Shown here: piece after piece, positions 8,676-18,901 of the stretch | Layout of the letters: every line of letters starts with the position of its first letter | How positions within the stretch are numbered: the stretch's first letter is position 1 | Origin: an uncultured bacterium | GTDB lineage: Bacteria; Planctomycetota; DG-23; CBDVDV01 | NCBI GenBank assembly: GCA_965372835.1 | Contig: CBDVDV010000004.1 | Coordinates: 1-51,335 of the forward strand | DNA: 51,335 nucleotides | Direction: 5' to 3' | The notes under the pieces: model-generated | Database searches by the model: none | What the model was told of the DNA's origin: nothing | What the model saw: only the letters and a program-made list of their open reading frames with translations | Program-made: the position numbers and the translations under genes

Positions 8676-10160
8676 GTGGCCGACGTGGTTTTGGTCCACC
8701 CGATAGCCGACCCCTATGCGAGCGGTGCGCCCAGGCTCCCACTGGGTGTGCTCTCGGTGGCAGGGCCCCTCGATGAGGCCGGCTACCAGGTCCAGATCAT
8801 CGACCAGCAGGTGGATGCCAACTGGCGAGAAACGCTGGAGCAGGCTCTGGGGGGTCGTCCGCTCTGCGTGGGTATCAGCGCCATGACCGGCACCCAGATT
8901 CGCTACGGGCTGGAGGCAGCGGCTCTGGTGCGGGAGGCCTCCAGTGTCGCCATCGCCTGGGGCGGGGTGCACGCGTCGCTGCTGCCGGCCGAAACCGTCG
9001 CCGACCCGCTGGTCGACATCGTGGTGGTGGGCGAAGGGGAAGAGACCTTCCTGGAGGTCGTCCGCCGACTGGAGGTCATCCGGCAACCGCAGGCCGGGAG
9101 GTCGCTGGAGGGGATAGCCGGCACCTACTACAAGGTCAACGGCCAACCCCGGGGCAACCCGCCACGACCCTTCATCGAACTTGACCGCTACAGTGCCCTC
9201 CCCTACCAGGTGCTGGATATCGAGCGCTACATCGCCGCCGACGAGGTGAGCGAGCGCAGCCTGGAACTGCCCACCAGCCGGGGCTGTCCCCACCGGTGTG
9301 GCTTCTGCTACAACCTTCGGTTCGCCCGGCGGCGCTGGCGCACGATGAGCGTGCCGGTCATCCTCGACCGGATCGCCGACGTCGTCCACCGGTTCAGGCT
9401 CAAGGGCATCAACTTCCGGGAGGACAACTTCTTCACCGACCGCGGCCGGGTCGAGGCCATAGCCCGGGGCATCGTCCGCCGAGGCCTGGAGATCGGTTGG
9501 CAGACCGACTGCCGGTGCGACTACTTCGCCCGGTACGACGATGACTTCCTCCGCCTGCTGTGGGACAGCGGCCTGCGGGCCTTGAGTTTCGGAGCCGAGA
9601 GTGGAGCCCAGCAAACACTCGACTGCATCCACAAAGACATCTCTGTCCAGGATATTCTCACCAGCGCCCGCCGGGCGAGCGAACTGGGCCTCATCGCCAA
9701 CTTCCACTTCATGACCGGCTTCCCCGGCGAAACCACCGAGGACCTCTTCCAGACCTACTGGCTCATCCGGCAGTTGCTGCGGGGTGACAGCCGACGGATC
9801 CTCTACGGCCCTTCACTCTACACGCCCTACCCGGGGACGCCACTCTACGAGCGCAGCCTGGCCCTGGGGCTGGAGCCCCCACAGGGCCTCGCCGGGTGGG
9901 CTGACTACCACTGGGCGGCACTGAACCTGCCCTGGCTGAGTCCGGAGGAAGCCCGGTTCCAGGAGTCGGCGGCGTGGGTGGCGGAGCATGCCTCACCCGG
10001 GCTTCGGCGCTTTTACCGGTGGTGGTTTGTCCTTCGGCTGGAACTGCTGCTGCGGACGGGCCAGTTGGGTCCGTTGCCGGAGCGTCGGCTCCTGGCCCTG
10101 GCCAAAGAAGCGCGCCGATGGTGGCGAGGGCGGGCTCTGGGAAGGGGCGGGCGAGTCTGA
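8676..10160 (+). CDS. B12-binding domain-containing radical SAM protein
   Basis: N-terminal Rossmann-like VVLVHPIADPY...PLGVLSVAGPLDEAGYQVQIIDQ, then the radical SAM motif TSRGCPHRCGFCYN. The track start 8352 adds ~108 aa of non-family sequence. In-frame GTG 8676 (GGGGA upstream) fits family N termini; GTG ~8613 or 8685 are possible. Confidence 0.85.
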   Translation: MADVVLVHPIADPYASGAPRLPLGVLSVAGPLDEAGYQVQIIDQQVDANWRETLEQALGGRPLCVGISAMTGTQIRYGLEAAALVREASSVAIAWGGVHASLLPAETVADPLVDIVVVGEGEETFLEVVRRLEVIRQPQAGRSLEGIAGTYYKVNGQPRGNPPRPFIELDRYSALPYQVLDIERYIAADEVSERSLELPTSRGCPHRCGFCYNLRFARRRWRTMSVPVILDRIADVVHRFRLKGINFREDNFFTDRGRVEAIARGIVRRGLEIGWQTDCRCDYFARYDDDFLRLLWDSGLRALSFGAESGAQQTLDCIHKDISVQDILTSARRASELGLIANFHFMTGFPGETTEDLFQTYWLIRQLLRGDSRRILYGPSLYTPYPGTPLYERSLALGLEPPQGLAGWADYHWAALNLPWLSPEEARFQESAAWVAEHASPGLRRFYRWWFVLRLELLLRTGQLGPLPERRLLALAKEARRWWRGRALGRGGRV

Positions 10161-10260
10161 GAATTCTGTTGGCGGCGAGGCGCAAGAAGTGCTATATTGG
10201 TAAGAATTGTATACTATCGGGAAAACTGCCTCCGCCCTGCACCCGCACAAGGTATTGACA

Positions 10261-10725
10261 ATGCAGATTTCGGAACTGCTTCGCCCGGACCTGGTAAAGG
10301 TCAGTCTGGCCAGCCAGCAGAAGGAGTCGGCCATCGCCGAGGTGCTCGAGCTGCTGGTGGCCTCCGCTGACGTCACCGACCGCGACGGCGCCTACGACGC
10401 CCTCATCGATCGCGAGGGAAAAGGCACCACCGGCATCGGCGACGGCGTCGCCGTCCCCCACGCCAAGCACGAGAGCATCACCCACCTGTCCATGGCTTTG
10501 GGCCTCTCTCCTGAGGGCGTCGACTTCGACGCCATCGACGGCGAGCCGGTCTATATGATTTTCCTCCTCCTGGCCGAGCCCGACAACCCCGGCCCCCACG
10601 TCCAGGCCCTGGCCCAGGTGGCCCGGCTGTGCCAGACGCCGGGGTTCTGCCGACGGCTCTGCAAGTGCCGGTCAGGCCAGGAGGCACTCGGCGTCATCGT
10701 CCAGTACCAAGAGACCGAGGAATAG
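10261..10725 (+). CDS. ptsN: PTS EIIA(Ntr)-type regulatory protein (PtsN-like)
   Basis: MQISELLRPDLVKVSL...KESAIAEVLELL...REGKGTTGIGDGVAVPHAKH (phospho-His motif) ...PVYMIFLLLAEP. I use ATG 10261; the track start is 10207. Confidence 0.85.
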   Translation: MQISELLRPDLVKVSLASQQKESAIAEVLELLVASADVTDRDGAYDALIDREGKGTTGIGDGVAVPHAKHESITHLSMALGLSPEGVDFDAIDGEPVYMIFLLLAEPDNPGPHVQALAQVARLCQTPGFCRRLCKCRSGQEALGVIVQYQETEE

Positions 10726-10826
10726 CAGGAGGGACGGCTCGGGCGACCGGGCAGATGCCTCCGGCCAGAGGCTTCCATCGACCGCAGGTGTTTAGACGTG
10801 GGGACCGCAGCGAGAGGACGTCGGTC

Positions 10827-11225
10827 ATGCGAGAAGTTATCGAGAAGATGCTCGGAATCGAGCGCCGGGCCCGACGAATCGTGGCCGAGGCTGAAGCCGA
10901 GGCCGCTCAGATGACCGATGAGGCCCGCGCCGAGGCCCGCCAGGTCCGCGAGCAGGCGCGGCAGAAGGCCCTGGCCCAGGTCGATTCCATCCTCGACGAG
11001 GCGGTGGCTGCGGCCGAGAAAGAGAAAGCCTCCCAGTTGGCCGAAGCCCGCCGACGCTTTGAAAGTGAAAAGGTCGCTCACCAGGAGCGCATTGCTGAGG
11101 CTACCGAACGACTCGTGCTGCTGCTCCTGGGCAGTGCGGGGGCCTCCGCCCCGACGGCGGCGGCTCGACGTTCTCGTAGTGCCGGGGGGTCGGCCGAAGC
11201 ATCCCCGACGGGGTCTCGACCATGA
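10827..11225 (+). CDS. V/A-type ATPase peripheral-stalk subunit (G/H-like coiled coil)
   Basis: MREVIEKMLGIERRARRIVAEAEAEAAQMTDEARAEARQVREQARQKALAQV... is Ala/Glu/Arg coiled coil. ATG 10827 has a GAGAGGA SD, and the stop overlaps the atpC start (ATGA). Confidence 0.7.
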   Translation: MREVIEKMLGIERRARRIVAEAEAEAAQMTDEARAEARQVREQARQKALAQVDSILDEAVAAAEKEKASQLAEARRRFESEKVAHQERIAEATERLVLLLLGSAGASAPTAAARRSRSAGGSAEASPTGSRP

Positions 11226-12253
11226 GCACAAAGACGGCTGTGGACCTGCCCTACACCATAGCCAAGGTCCGGGCCATGCGCGGCCGACTCTACGAGGGTG
11301 ACCGTCTTGCTGGCCTGGAGCCGGCCCGCAGCATCCCCGAACTGGCTGAGAGGCTGGGCTTTGGCGAAATCGCCGTGGGACACCTTCAACTGGAAGTCCT
11401 GCTCGTGGCCCGCCACATCGCCGACCTCCTCAAGGTCGCCCGGCTTCTCGACGGCGCGCGGGGGGAACTCTACGACTGGTTTCTGGCCCGGTACCAGATG
11501 GAGAACTTGAAGGTGGTACTGCGCTTCTGGGTGGCGGGTGAGCCGGTGGAGCGACTGGCAAGGCACCTGGTGGAGGTCCCCGGTCTTCCTTCGCTTCCGG
11601 TGGAGGAGTTGGCCGAGGCCCGGGGCCTGGCCGACTTCATCGGCCTGGTGCCCGAGCCCGTGTTCGCCCGTGGGCTCAGTCAGGGGCTCGCCTACTGGCA
11701 GGCTGAAGGGCGCACGTTCTTCGCCGAGGCCGGACTCGATGCCGCCTACTTCCAGGAACTCATCAGCCGCCACGCCGCTCTGGGCCGAGGCGACCGACAG
11801 GTCACCGAGCAACTGGTGAGGGCCGACGTGGACGCCTACAACGTGCTCCTGGTAGCGCGGGCCCAGTTGAACTATCATCTCCAACTGGAGGACGTAGCCA
11901 GGTTCGTGGTTGCCGGCGGGCGCATTCCCGGCGGCGCGCTCGTCGAGGCCCGCGGCCAGACGCTCAGCGACATCCTCACCGCTCTGCGGCTCCTGGCGGT
12001 CATGCACCTTGGGGAGACCACGCCGGAGAGCCTGCCTGACCTGGAAGATGCCATGGCCCTTCGGCTCTACCGGCTGGCCAACCGCCGGTACTACCAGTCG
12101 ATGCTGGACGTGGGGGCGCTGGTGGCCTTTTACTACCTGAAGCGAAACGAGCTGGCCAACCTGATAAAGGTCGTCGAAAGCCGGCGCTACGAGGTGGGCT
12201 GGTCGGAGGTCTCCCACCGACTGGTCCCTCCACTGAGCGGCCCAGCGGGGTGA
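11222..12253 (+). CDS. atpC: V/A-type ATPase subunit C (V0 d-like)
   Basis: YTIAKVRAMRGRLYE..., YQMENLKVVLRFW... are typical of the AC39/subunit C family. 343 aa. Confidence 0.85.
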   Translation: MSTKTAVDLPYTIAKVRAMRGRLYEGDRLAGLEPARSIPELAERLGFGEIAVGHLQLEVLLVARHIADLLKVARLLDGARGELYDWFLARYQMENLKVVLRFWVAGEPVERLARHLVEVPGLPSLPVEELAEARGLADFIGLVPEPVFARGLSQGLAYWQAEGRTFFAEAGLDAAYFQELISRHAALGRGDRQVTEQLVRADVDAYNVLLVARAQLNYHLQLEDVARFVVAGGRIPGGALVEARGQTLSDILTALRLLAVMHLGETTPESLPDLEDAMALRLYRLANRRYYQSMLDVGALVAFYYLKRNELANLIKVVESRRYEVGWSEVSHRLVPPLSGPAG

Positions 12254-12256
12254 ACC

Positions 12257-14203
12257 ATGTTCCGTTCCGTGCGCATGAAACGGCTGAACCTGCTGGTCCT
12301 GGAACGGGACGTCCAGGCGGTCACCAAGGGCCTGGCCGAGTTGGCGGCCATGCACATCACTCAGGCCCGTCAGCCCGATACGGAGGGGTTGCTCCAGCCC
12401 CCGGACGTGGAACCCAGGCTGGAGCGCTGTCGTCAGGTACGCCGGCGGCTGGAAGCATTCGCTGAACAGTTGGGTCTCCGCCTGGCCCCTGAGGTGGAGG
12501 TGGACTTCCACGCCCCCTTCAACTTGGCGGAGGTCGATAGGCACCTGGACACGGTCCGCCGACAACTTCGTCGGGTGGAGCAATCGACGGCCCGGGCCCA
12601 GGAATGCATTCCGGAACTCCAGGCCATGCTCCTGGAACTGGAGCCGTTCCGTGGCGTCGCGCTTCCGTTGGAGGAGCTGGAGCACTTCAACTTTCTCCAT
12701 TTCGCCACCGGCTCTCTGCCCCGGCGGGAGTCTCTCGCAGTGACCGAGGAGGTGGGTGACCGTTCCATCATTCTGCCGCTGCGCCAGGAGGGTGGTCGGG
12801 AGAAGGTGCTGGCGGTGTCCGCCAAGAAGAGCCGGTGGGCCCTGGAGACCGCACTTGAGAAACACGGCTTCCGCCCCGAACCCCTGGCCGAGGGGCACGA
12901 GGGTCTGGCCGTGGACATCGCCGAGCAGTTGGAGAAGCAGTTGGCGGAGGCCCGCGCGGCCACAGGTAAGGCCGGGGACGCCCGCCAGGCCCTCCGCCGA
13001 GAACTGGGCCGGGACATCAACCAAGTCTGGCGGCGAACCGCCGTCGAAGAGCGCATCCTCGAAGCCCAGCAGCGCTTCGGCAAAACCACCAGCACCTACG
13101 CCATCTCGGGCTGGGTGCCGGAACCCGACGTCCAGGAGGTCCGCAGTCGAGTGCGGGACCTGACCCAGGGCCGGGTCATGATTGAGGAACAGGATGCTGA
13201 GGCGCTGCTGGCCCGGGGCGAGGAAGTCCCCACCCTCATGCGCCACCACTGGCTGCTTCGGCCCTTCCAGGTGTTGGTCTCGGGCTATGGCTTCCCGCAG
13301 TACAACGAGGTGGAGCCGACGCTCTTTGTGGCCCTGAGTTTCCTGCTCATGTTCGGGCTGATGTTCGGCGACGTAGGTCACGGCGCGGTGTTTGCACTGG
13401 TCGGGTTGGCGGTTCACCGGTGGGCCAGGTCGCGCAACGTGAGAGACTTCGCCTTCGTGCTCTCGGCGTGTGGGGTTTCTGCGGTGATGTTCGGATTCCT
13501 CTACGGCAGTTACTTCGGGTTTGAAGGTCCGGCGCTCTGGCTTCGCCCCCTGGCCCGGATCGAGACGCTCTTTGCGGTCGTTCTGACCTTGGGCATGGCC
13601 ATGATCAGCCTGGGACTCATCATCAACATCGTGAATCGGGTCGCGGAGAGGAAGTACTTTGAAGGGATCCTGAGCCAGTACGGTCTTGTGGCCTTTGTCT
13701 TCTACTGGGGTGCCATCGGCCTGGGGCTGCGCTATTTCATCCAGGGCGCAGCGGGAATCACCATGAGTCACGTGCTGCTGTTCATCGTGACCCCGTTGGC
13801 GCTGTTGATACTGCGGGAGCCGATTCACACCATCTTGACCAGGAAACCGGCCAAAGCCAGCAGTCTTCTCGAAGGTATGCTTGAGGGCTTCGTCGAAGTC
13901 ATGGAGGTCGCCATCGGCTTTGTGGCAAATACCGCGAGTTTTATCCGTGTGGCCGCGTTCGCTTTGAGTCACGCCCTCCTCTGTCTGGCCACCTTCGCCG
14001 TTGCCGACGCACTCAGGGTGGGTCCAGGCGGCGTCATGTTAGCGTGGACCACAATCGTAATCGGCAACGTTTTCATCATCCTTTTGGAGGGGCTGGTGGT
14101 CACCATTCAGTCGGTGCGTCTGGAGTATTACGAGTTCTTCAGCAAATTCTTCTCCGGGGAAGGAAAAGCGTTTGACCCCCTGAGCGTCAGTTCGGAACAG
14201 TGA
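12257..14203 (+). CDS. atpI: V/A-type ATPase subunit I (a-like stator/proton channel)
   Basis: 648 aa. Soluble N-terminal half (MKRLNLLVLERDVQAVTKGLAEL...) followed by a multi-TM C-terminal half with ...FIRVAAFALSHALL... (conserved Arg region). Confidence 0.9.
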   Translation: MFRSVRMKRLNLLVLERDVQAVTKGLAELAAMHITQARQPDTEGLLQPPDVEPRLERCRQVRRRLEAFAEQLGLRLAPEVEVDFHAPFNLAEVDRHLDTVRRQLRRVEQSTARAQECIPELQAMLLELEPFRGVALPLEELEHFNFLHFATGSLPRRESLAVTEEVGDRSIILPLRQEGGREKVLAVSAKKSRWALETALEKHGFRPEPLAEGHEGLAVDIAEQLEKQLAEARAATGKAGDARQALRRELGRDINQVWRRTAVEERILEAQQRFGKTTSTYAISGWVPEPDVQEVRSRVRDLTQGRVMIEEQDAEALLARGEEVPTLMRHHWLLRPFQVLVSGYGFPQYNEVEPTLFVALSFLLMFGLMFGDVGHGAVFALVGLAVHRWARSRNVRDFAFVLSACGVSAVMFGFLYGSYFGFEGPALWLRPLARIETLFAVVLTLGMAMISLGLIINIVNRVAERKYFEGILSQYGLVAFVFYWGAIGLGLRYFIQGAAGITMSHVLLFIVTPLALLILREPIHTILTRKPAKASSLLEGMLEGFVEVMEVAIGFVANTASFIRVAAFALSHALLCLATFAVADALRVGPGGVMLAWTTIVIGNVFIILLEGLVVTIQSVRLEYYEFFSKFFSGEGKAFDPLSVSSEQ

Positions 14204-14212
14204 GGTGGCATA

Positions 14213-14593
14213 ATGGACAGTTTTGTGAAAAGGGAGTTTATGGCTCGGGTGCGAAAGGTCTCGGCTCTGGTCATGCTTCTGCTGGTCGTGACTTGCTCAC
14301 TGGCCGCCATACTGCCTGCGGTCTTGGCCCAGGGCGCCAAGGGCGATGCGGCGCAGGCACAAACGAAGGTCGAGAGTTCGAGTGTGCCGTGGATCGTCAT
14401 CAGCGCGGCGCTCTCCGTGTTAGGCGCGACCCTCGGGGCCGGCTACGCTGTGGCCCACGTGGGCGCGGCGGCCCTGGGGGCGGCGAGTGAAAAGCCCGAA
14501 ATCATGGGCCGGGCCATTATCTTCGTAGGCATGGCAGAGGGACTGGTGGTCTTCGGTTTCGCTATTGCCGTCATGCTCATACTCAAGATATGA
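14213..14593 (+). CDS. atpK: V/A-type ATPase proteolipid subunit K (c-ring), with N-terminal signal-peptide-like extension
   Basis: C-terminal hairpin WIVISAALSVLGATLGAGYAVAHVGAAALGAASEKPEIMGRAIIFVGMAEGLVVFGFAIAVMLIL with the carboxylate in MAEGL. The N-terminal ~45 aa contain an extra hydrophobic segment ending AVLAQG. GAGGTG SD upstream. Confidence 0.85.
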   Translation: MDSFVKREFMARVRKVSALVMLLLVVTCSLAAILPAVLAQGAKGDAAQAQTKVESSSVPWIVISAALSVLGATLGAGYAVAHVGAAALGAASEKPEIMGRAIIFVGMAEGLVVFGFAIAVMLILKI

Positions 14594-14602
14594 GGTCTGA
14601 TA

Positions 14603-14965
14603 ATGCCGCAAGCCCCACTGGCCTATTACGTCATTGCCGATGAGGATACGGTCTTGGGGTTCCGGTACGCGGGGGTCACAGGCGAGGCGGTGGCCAGCGC
14701 CCGCCAAGCCCGCGTCGCCTTCCAGCGGGCCGTGGAAGAGTGTCGGGCGCGCATCCTCATCCTCACCGAGGTCGTCGCCGAGACCATCCGCGATGAGGTG
14801 AACGCCGTCCGCACGGGCAAGCACGCCCTCCTCAGTGCGCCTGGCGGCCGCAGAGCGACGTCGCCTACGCCTCTGGTGGTGGAGATACCGGGCCCGACAG
14901 GACCGATGCCGGGAAAGCGCACCTTACTCGAACTCATCCAAGAGGCCGTGGGCGTACGGGTGTGA
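14603..14965 (+). CDS. atpF: V/A-type ATPase subunit F
   Basis: YYVIADEDTVLGFRYAGVTG...ILILTEVVAETIRDEV matches the subunit F pattern. Confidence 0.85.
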   Translation: MPQAPLAYYVIADEDTVLGFRYAGVTGEAVASARQARVAFQRAVEECRARILILTEVVAETIRDEVNAVRTGKHALLSAPGGRRATSPTPLVVEIPGPTGPMPGKRTLLELIQEAVGVRV

Positions 14966-14972
14966 GAGAGCC

Positions 14973-15659
14973 ATGACCGGAGAGCCAACAGCACAGGTAC
15001 CCAAGCCCGAGGGCCCCTCCGTGGAAGAGGTCTTGGGTGCCGAAGTCATCGCCGACGCTGAGCGGCGGGCCGAGCGGGTCCGCCGACGGGGTCAGCGCGA
15101 CGCTGAGCGCATCCGCCAGAAGGCTGAGGAACAAGCCGGCCAGACGTCCGAGGACATCCTCACCGAGGCCCAGCGACGGGCTGAACGCGTTAGCCAGATG
15201 GTGCTGGCCACGGTTGAGGTTGAAGCGCTCAAGGTCAGACTCGCGCTCAAAGAGGAGGTCATCGGCGCTGCGCTGGAAGCGGCGTGGCAGAGGCTGCTGG
15301 CGAAAGACGACTATGAGTACGTGACCGTGCTCGTGGAACTGGCCGCTGCGGCCATCGCCCAGATGCCGGGCGAGGAGTTCGTCGTGCAGTTGGGGGACGA
15401 TGATACGGGGCGGAGCGGAGAGGAGGTCTGCCGACGGATCGAAGAGGCGGTGTCGGTGGGCGGCGGCCGGCAGGTGCGCGTGCAGCTCAGCGCGGAGCAC
15501 CCGCGCATCGCCGCTGGCTGTGTGGTGTTCTCTGCCGACGGCCGACTGCGCTACGACAACTCCTTTGAGGCCCGTCGCCACCGACTCTACCAGCAACTCC
15601 GCCAGGCAGCTGCTCGGGACCTTTTCGGTACAGAAGAGCCGACCCGTGACCACCAGTGA
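14973..15659 (+). CDS. atpE: V/A-type ATPase subunit E
   Basis: Charged coiled-coil N terminus (AERRAERVRRRGQRDAERIRQKAEEQ...) followed by a globular C terminus. I use ATG 14973 after a GAGAGAG SD; the track start 14835 overlaps atpF. Confidence 0.8.
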   Translation: MTGEPTAQVPKPEGPSVEEVLGAEVIADAERRAERVRRRGQRDAERIRQKAEEQAGQTSEDILTEAQRRAERVSQMVLATVEVEALKVRLALKEEVIGAALEAAWQRLLAKDDYEYVTVLVELAAAAIAQMPGEEFVVQLGDDDTGRSGEEVCRRIEEAVSVGGGRQVRVQLSAEHPRIAAGCVVFSADGRLRYDNSFEARRHRLYQQLRQAAARDLFGTEEPTRDHQ

Positions 15660-15663
15660 AACC

Positions 15664-17436
15664 ATGACCGCACGCGAAACGGGCGAGGTCACGCGCGTCA
15701 GCGGACCCATCGTCGTGGCCCGCGGTATGGCTGATTCCCAGATGTACGAGGTGGTGGAGGTGGGTCCCCAGAGATTGGTGGGTGAGATCATCCGTCTGGA
15801 GGGTGAAGCGGCCACCATCCAGGTCTACGAGAACACGACGGGCCTGAAGCCGGGCGCGGCGGTACGGCGGACCGCGATGCCTCTGTCGGTGGCGCTGGGG
15901 CCGGGGCTTCTCAGCAGCATCTACGACGGCATTCAGAGGCCGCTGACGGCCATCTTAGAGACCAGCCGAACACCCTATATCCGCCGGGGGGTCAAACTCC
16001 CGGCCCTCGACGCGCGGCGCCGTTGGCGCTTCACACCCCGCTTCAAACGCGGTGGCCAAGTGAGCGGCGGCGAGGTGCTGGGTGTTTGTCCGGAGACGGA
16101 ACTCATAGAGCATCGGGTGCTGGTACCGCCCACGGTGGCCGGAGAGTTGGTCGAACTGGTCCCTGAGGGTGAGTATACGGTGGCCGACGTCATTGGCCGG
16201 GTGAGAACGGCTGCGGGCGACGAGGTCGAGCTCTACCTCGCTCACCGCTGGCCGGTGCGCCGACCGCGGCCGGTCAAGGAACGCCTCGCCGTGAACGAAC
16301 CCCTGATCACCGGGCAGCGCATCATCGACATCCTCTTTCCCATTGCCAAGGGTGGAGCGGGTGCGGTCCCCGGCGGCTTCGGTACCGGCAAGACCGTCGC
16401 CCAGCACTCGCTGGCCAAGTGGTGTGACGCCGACATCATCGTCTATGTGGGCTGCGGCGAGCGGGGCAACGAGATGACCCAGGTGTTGACCGACTTCCCC
16501 CGAATCGTCGATCCCCGCAGCGGCCGGCCCCTGATGGAGCGCACCGTGTTCATCGCCAACACCTCCAACATGCCCGTGGCCGCCCGCGAGGTCTCCATCT
16601 ACACCGGCATCACCATAGCCGAGTACTACCGCGACCAGGGCTACGATGTGGCGGTGATGGCCGATTCGACCAGTCGGTGGGCTGAGGCCCTGAGGGAACT
16701 GTCGGCCCGACTGGAAGAGATCCCGGCCGAGGAGGGCTTCCCGGCCTACCTGCCCAGTCGGCTGGCTGAGTTCTACGAGCGGGCCGGTGTGGCTCGTACG
16801 CTGGCTGGCGAGCGGGCCTCGGTGACCGTGACCGGCTCGGTGTCGCCACCGGGTGGGGACTTCTCCGAACCGGTTACCCAGCACACCCGCCGGTTCATCC
16901 GCTGCTTCTGGGCCCTGGACACCGAGTTGGCCAACGCCCGCCACTACCCGAGCATCAACTGGCTCACCTCCTACAGCGAGTACGTCGACGAGATCCAGGA
17001 CTGGTGGCACGCCAAGCACCCCGACTGGGCGGAGCTGCGCAACCAGACCATGGAACTGCTCCAGCGCGAGGCCCGTCTTCGCCAGATCGCCAACCTGGTC
17101 GGCCCGGACGTCCTGCCTGACCAGCAGCGGCTGGTGCTCTTCGTGGCCGAACTCATCAAGAACGGCTTCCTCCAGCAGAACGCGTTCGAACCGAAAGACA
17201 TGTACTGCGTCCCCGACAAGGCGATGAGCATTCTGAGGACATTGCTTTCGCTCTACCGCCGAGGCTCTGAACTCATCGAGCGGGGAGCGCCGCTGGTCAG
17301 GCTGCGCGAACTGCCCGCTATCCAGGCCGCCGTCCGCGCCCGTCTGGAGGTGGCCAACGACGCCCTGGACCGGCTGGCCGAAATCCAGGACCGACTCAGC
17401 GCCGAGTTGGACGACCTGGAGAGGAGTTACACCTAA
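15664..17436 (+). CDS. atpA: V/A-type ATPase catalytic subunit A
   Basis: [22 protein letters not shown]..., Walker [11 protein letters not shown], ...[12 protein letters not shown]... I use ATG 15664; the track start is 15400. Confidence 0.95.
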   Translation: MTARETGEVTRVSGPIVVARGMADSQMYEVVEVGPQRLVGEIIRLEGEAATIQVYENTTGLKPGAAVRRTAMPLSVALGPGLLSSIYDGIQRPLTAILETSRTPYIRRGVKLPALDARRRWRFTPRFKRGGQVSGGEVLGVCPETELIEHRVLVPPTVAGELVELVPEGEYTVADVIGRVRTAAGDEVELYLAHRWPVRRPRPVKERLAVNEPLITGQRIIDILFPIAKGGAGAVPGGFGTGKTVAQHSLAKWCDADIIVYVGCGERGNEMTQVLTDFPRIVDPRSGRPLMERTVFIANTSNMPVAAREVSIYTGITIAEYYRDQGYDVAVMADSTSRWAEALRELSARLEEIPAEEGFPAYLPSRLAEFYERAGVARTLAGERASVTVTGSVSPPGGDFSEPVTQHTRRFIRCFWALDTELANARHYPSINWLTSYSEYVDEIQDWWHAKHPDWAELRNQTMELLQREARLRQIANLVGPDVLPDQQRLVLFVAELIKNGFLQQNAFEPKDMYCVPDKAMSILRTLLSLYRRGSELIERGAPLVRLRELPAIQAAVRARLEVANDALDRLAEIQDRLSAELDDLERSYT

Positions 17437-18899
17437 TGGTGGAAGCACCGGTGGAGGACCGGGGTCTGGAGTACGTGGGCGTCTCCGAGATCAACGGCCC
17501 CCTCATCGTGGTGGAGAAGGTCTTCGACGTAGGCTACGACGAGGTGGTGGAGATCCTCGACCCCCAGGGACAGATGCGCCTGGGTCGGGTGTTGGACATC
17601 AGCACCGAGTCGGCCGTGGTCCAGGTCCTGGGCGAGACTTCCGGGCTGTCCAACCGCACGACCCGGGTGCGCTTCCTGGGTCGTTCGCTTCACGTGTCCG
17701 TGAGCCGGGACATGTTGGGCCGGGTCTTCGACGGTCTGGGTCGTCCCATCGACGGCAGCCCCCCACCCCTGAGCGGTGACGAGCGCGACGTCAATGGCCA
17801 ACCCATCAACCCTTGCGGGCGCGAGTATCCGCGCGACTTCATCCAAACCGGCATCAGCGCCATCGACGGGATGAACACTCTGGTGCGGGGGCAGAAGTTG
17901 CCCATCTTCTCCGGCAACGGCCTGCCCCACGACCGGATCGCCGCCCAGATCACCCGTCAGGCGAAACTGCTGGCGGAGGACGTCGATTTCACTATCGTCT
18001 TTGCCGGCATGGGTGTGAAGCACGACGTGGCCCAGTTCTTCATGCGCAACTTCGAACAGTCCGGGGTGCTGAGCAATGTGGTTCTCTTCCTGAGCCTGGC
18101 CTCGGCTTCCTCCTTCGAGCGGCTGGTCACCCCGCGCACGGCACTGACCGTGTCGGAGTACCTGGCCTTCGACTGCGGGCTGCACGTGCTGGCCATCCTC
18201 ACCGACATGACCAACTACTGCGAGAGCCTCCGCGAGGTGGGTTCCGCCCGGGGTGAGGTACCGGCCCGAAAGGGCTACCCGGGCTACCTCTACAGTGACC
18301 TGGCCTCCATCTACGAGCGGGCCGGCCGGGTCAAGGGCTCCCCCGGTTCCCTCACCCAGATGGCCATCCTCACCATGCCCTCCGACGACATCAGCCACCC
18401 GGTGCCCGACCTCACCGGCTACATCACCGAGGGGCAGATCGTCCTGGAGCGCGACCTCTTCCAGCGGGGCGTTTACCCGCCCATCGCCGGGCTGCCGTCG
18501 TTGTCCCGGCTGATGAAGGACGGCATCGGTGAGGGTCGCACCCGGGCCGACCACGCCAACCTGCAGAGTCAGCTCTTCGCCGCCTACGCCCGGGTGAAGC
18601 AGGTGCGCGGGCTGGCCGCGGTCATCGGCGAGGAGGAACTCTCCTCCCTGGACAAGCGCTTCATGGAGTTCGGCGAGCACTTCGAGCACGACTTCCTGGC
18701 CCAGGGGGAGTTCCAAGAGCGGCCCATCGAACAGACGCTGGAACTGGGCTGGAAGGCGCTCTCGGTACTGCCCCGGAGTGAACTCCACCGCCTGACCGAA
18801 AAGGAGCTCGACACCCACTACCAGAAGCGCGTCGAGGCCGCCACGGCTGAGGAAGCCGGTGACGTGTCCGGCGAAGAGACGGAGAGAGGAATCGGGTAG
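17436..18899 (+). CDS. atpB: V/A-type ATPase subunit B
   Basis: [17 protein letters not shown]..., ...[41 protein letters not shown]. The start overlaps the atpA stop (TAATG). Confidence 0.95.
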   Translation: MVEAPVEDRGLEYVGVSEINGPLIVVEKVFDVGYDEVVEILDPQGQMRLGRVLDISTESAVVQVLGETSGLSNRTTRVRFLGRSLHVSVSRDMLGRVFDGLGRPIDGSPPPLSGDERDVNGQPINPCGREYPRDFIQTGISAIDGMNTLVRGQKLPIFSGNGLPHDRIAAQITRQAKLLAEDVDFTIVFAGMGVKHDVAQFFMRNFEQSGVLSNVVLFLSLASASSFERLVTPRTALTVSEYLAFDCGLHVLAILTDMTNYCESLREVGSARGEVPARKGYPGYLYSDLASIYERAGRVKGSPGSLTQMAILTMPSDDISHPVPDLTGYITEGQIVLERDLFQRGVYPPIAGLPSLSRLMKDGIGEGRTRADHANLQSQLFAAYARVKQVRGLAAVIGEEELSSLDKRFMEFGEHFEHDFLAQGEFQERPIEQTLELGWKALSVLPRSELHRLTEKELDTHYQKRVEAATAEEAGDVSGEETERGIG

Positions 18900-18901
18900 C
18901 C

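Noticed and set aside
10161-10260. Sigma-54 promoter upstream of ptsN
   Set aside because: TGGCGG-N5-CGCA is a poor match to TGGCAC-N5-TTGC. The AT-rich TATATT/TATACT elements fit a sigma70-type promoter better, but neither has a convincing -35, so I did not call a feature.
11078-13972. 964-aa minus-strand ORF, the longest in the track
   Set aside because: It lies antisense to recognisable atpC and atpI. Its sequence is Arg/Pro/Gly/His/Gln-rich with no domain-like segments. This is a typical high-GC shadow ORF.
15955-18818. Minus-strand ORFs 15955..17448 (497 aa) and 17433..18818 (461 aa)
   Set aside because: Antisense to the unmistakable catalytic A and B ATPase subunits; shadow ORFs.
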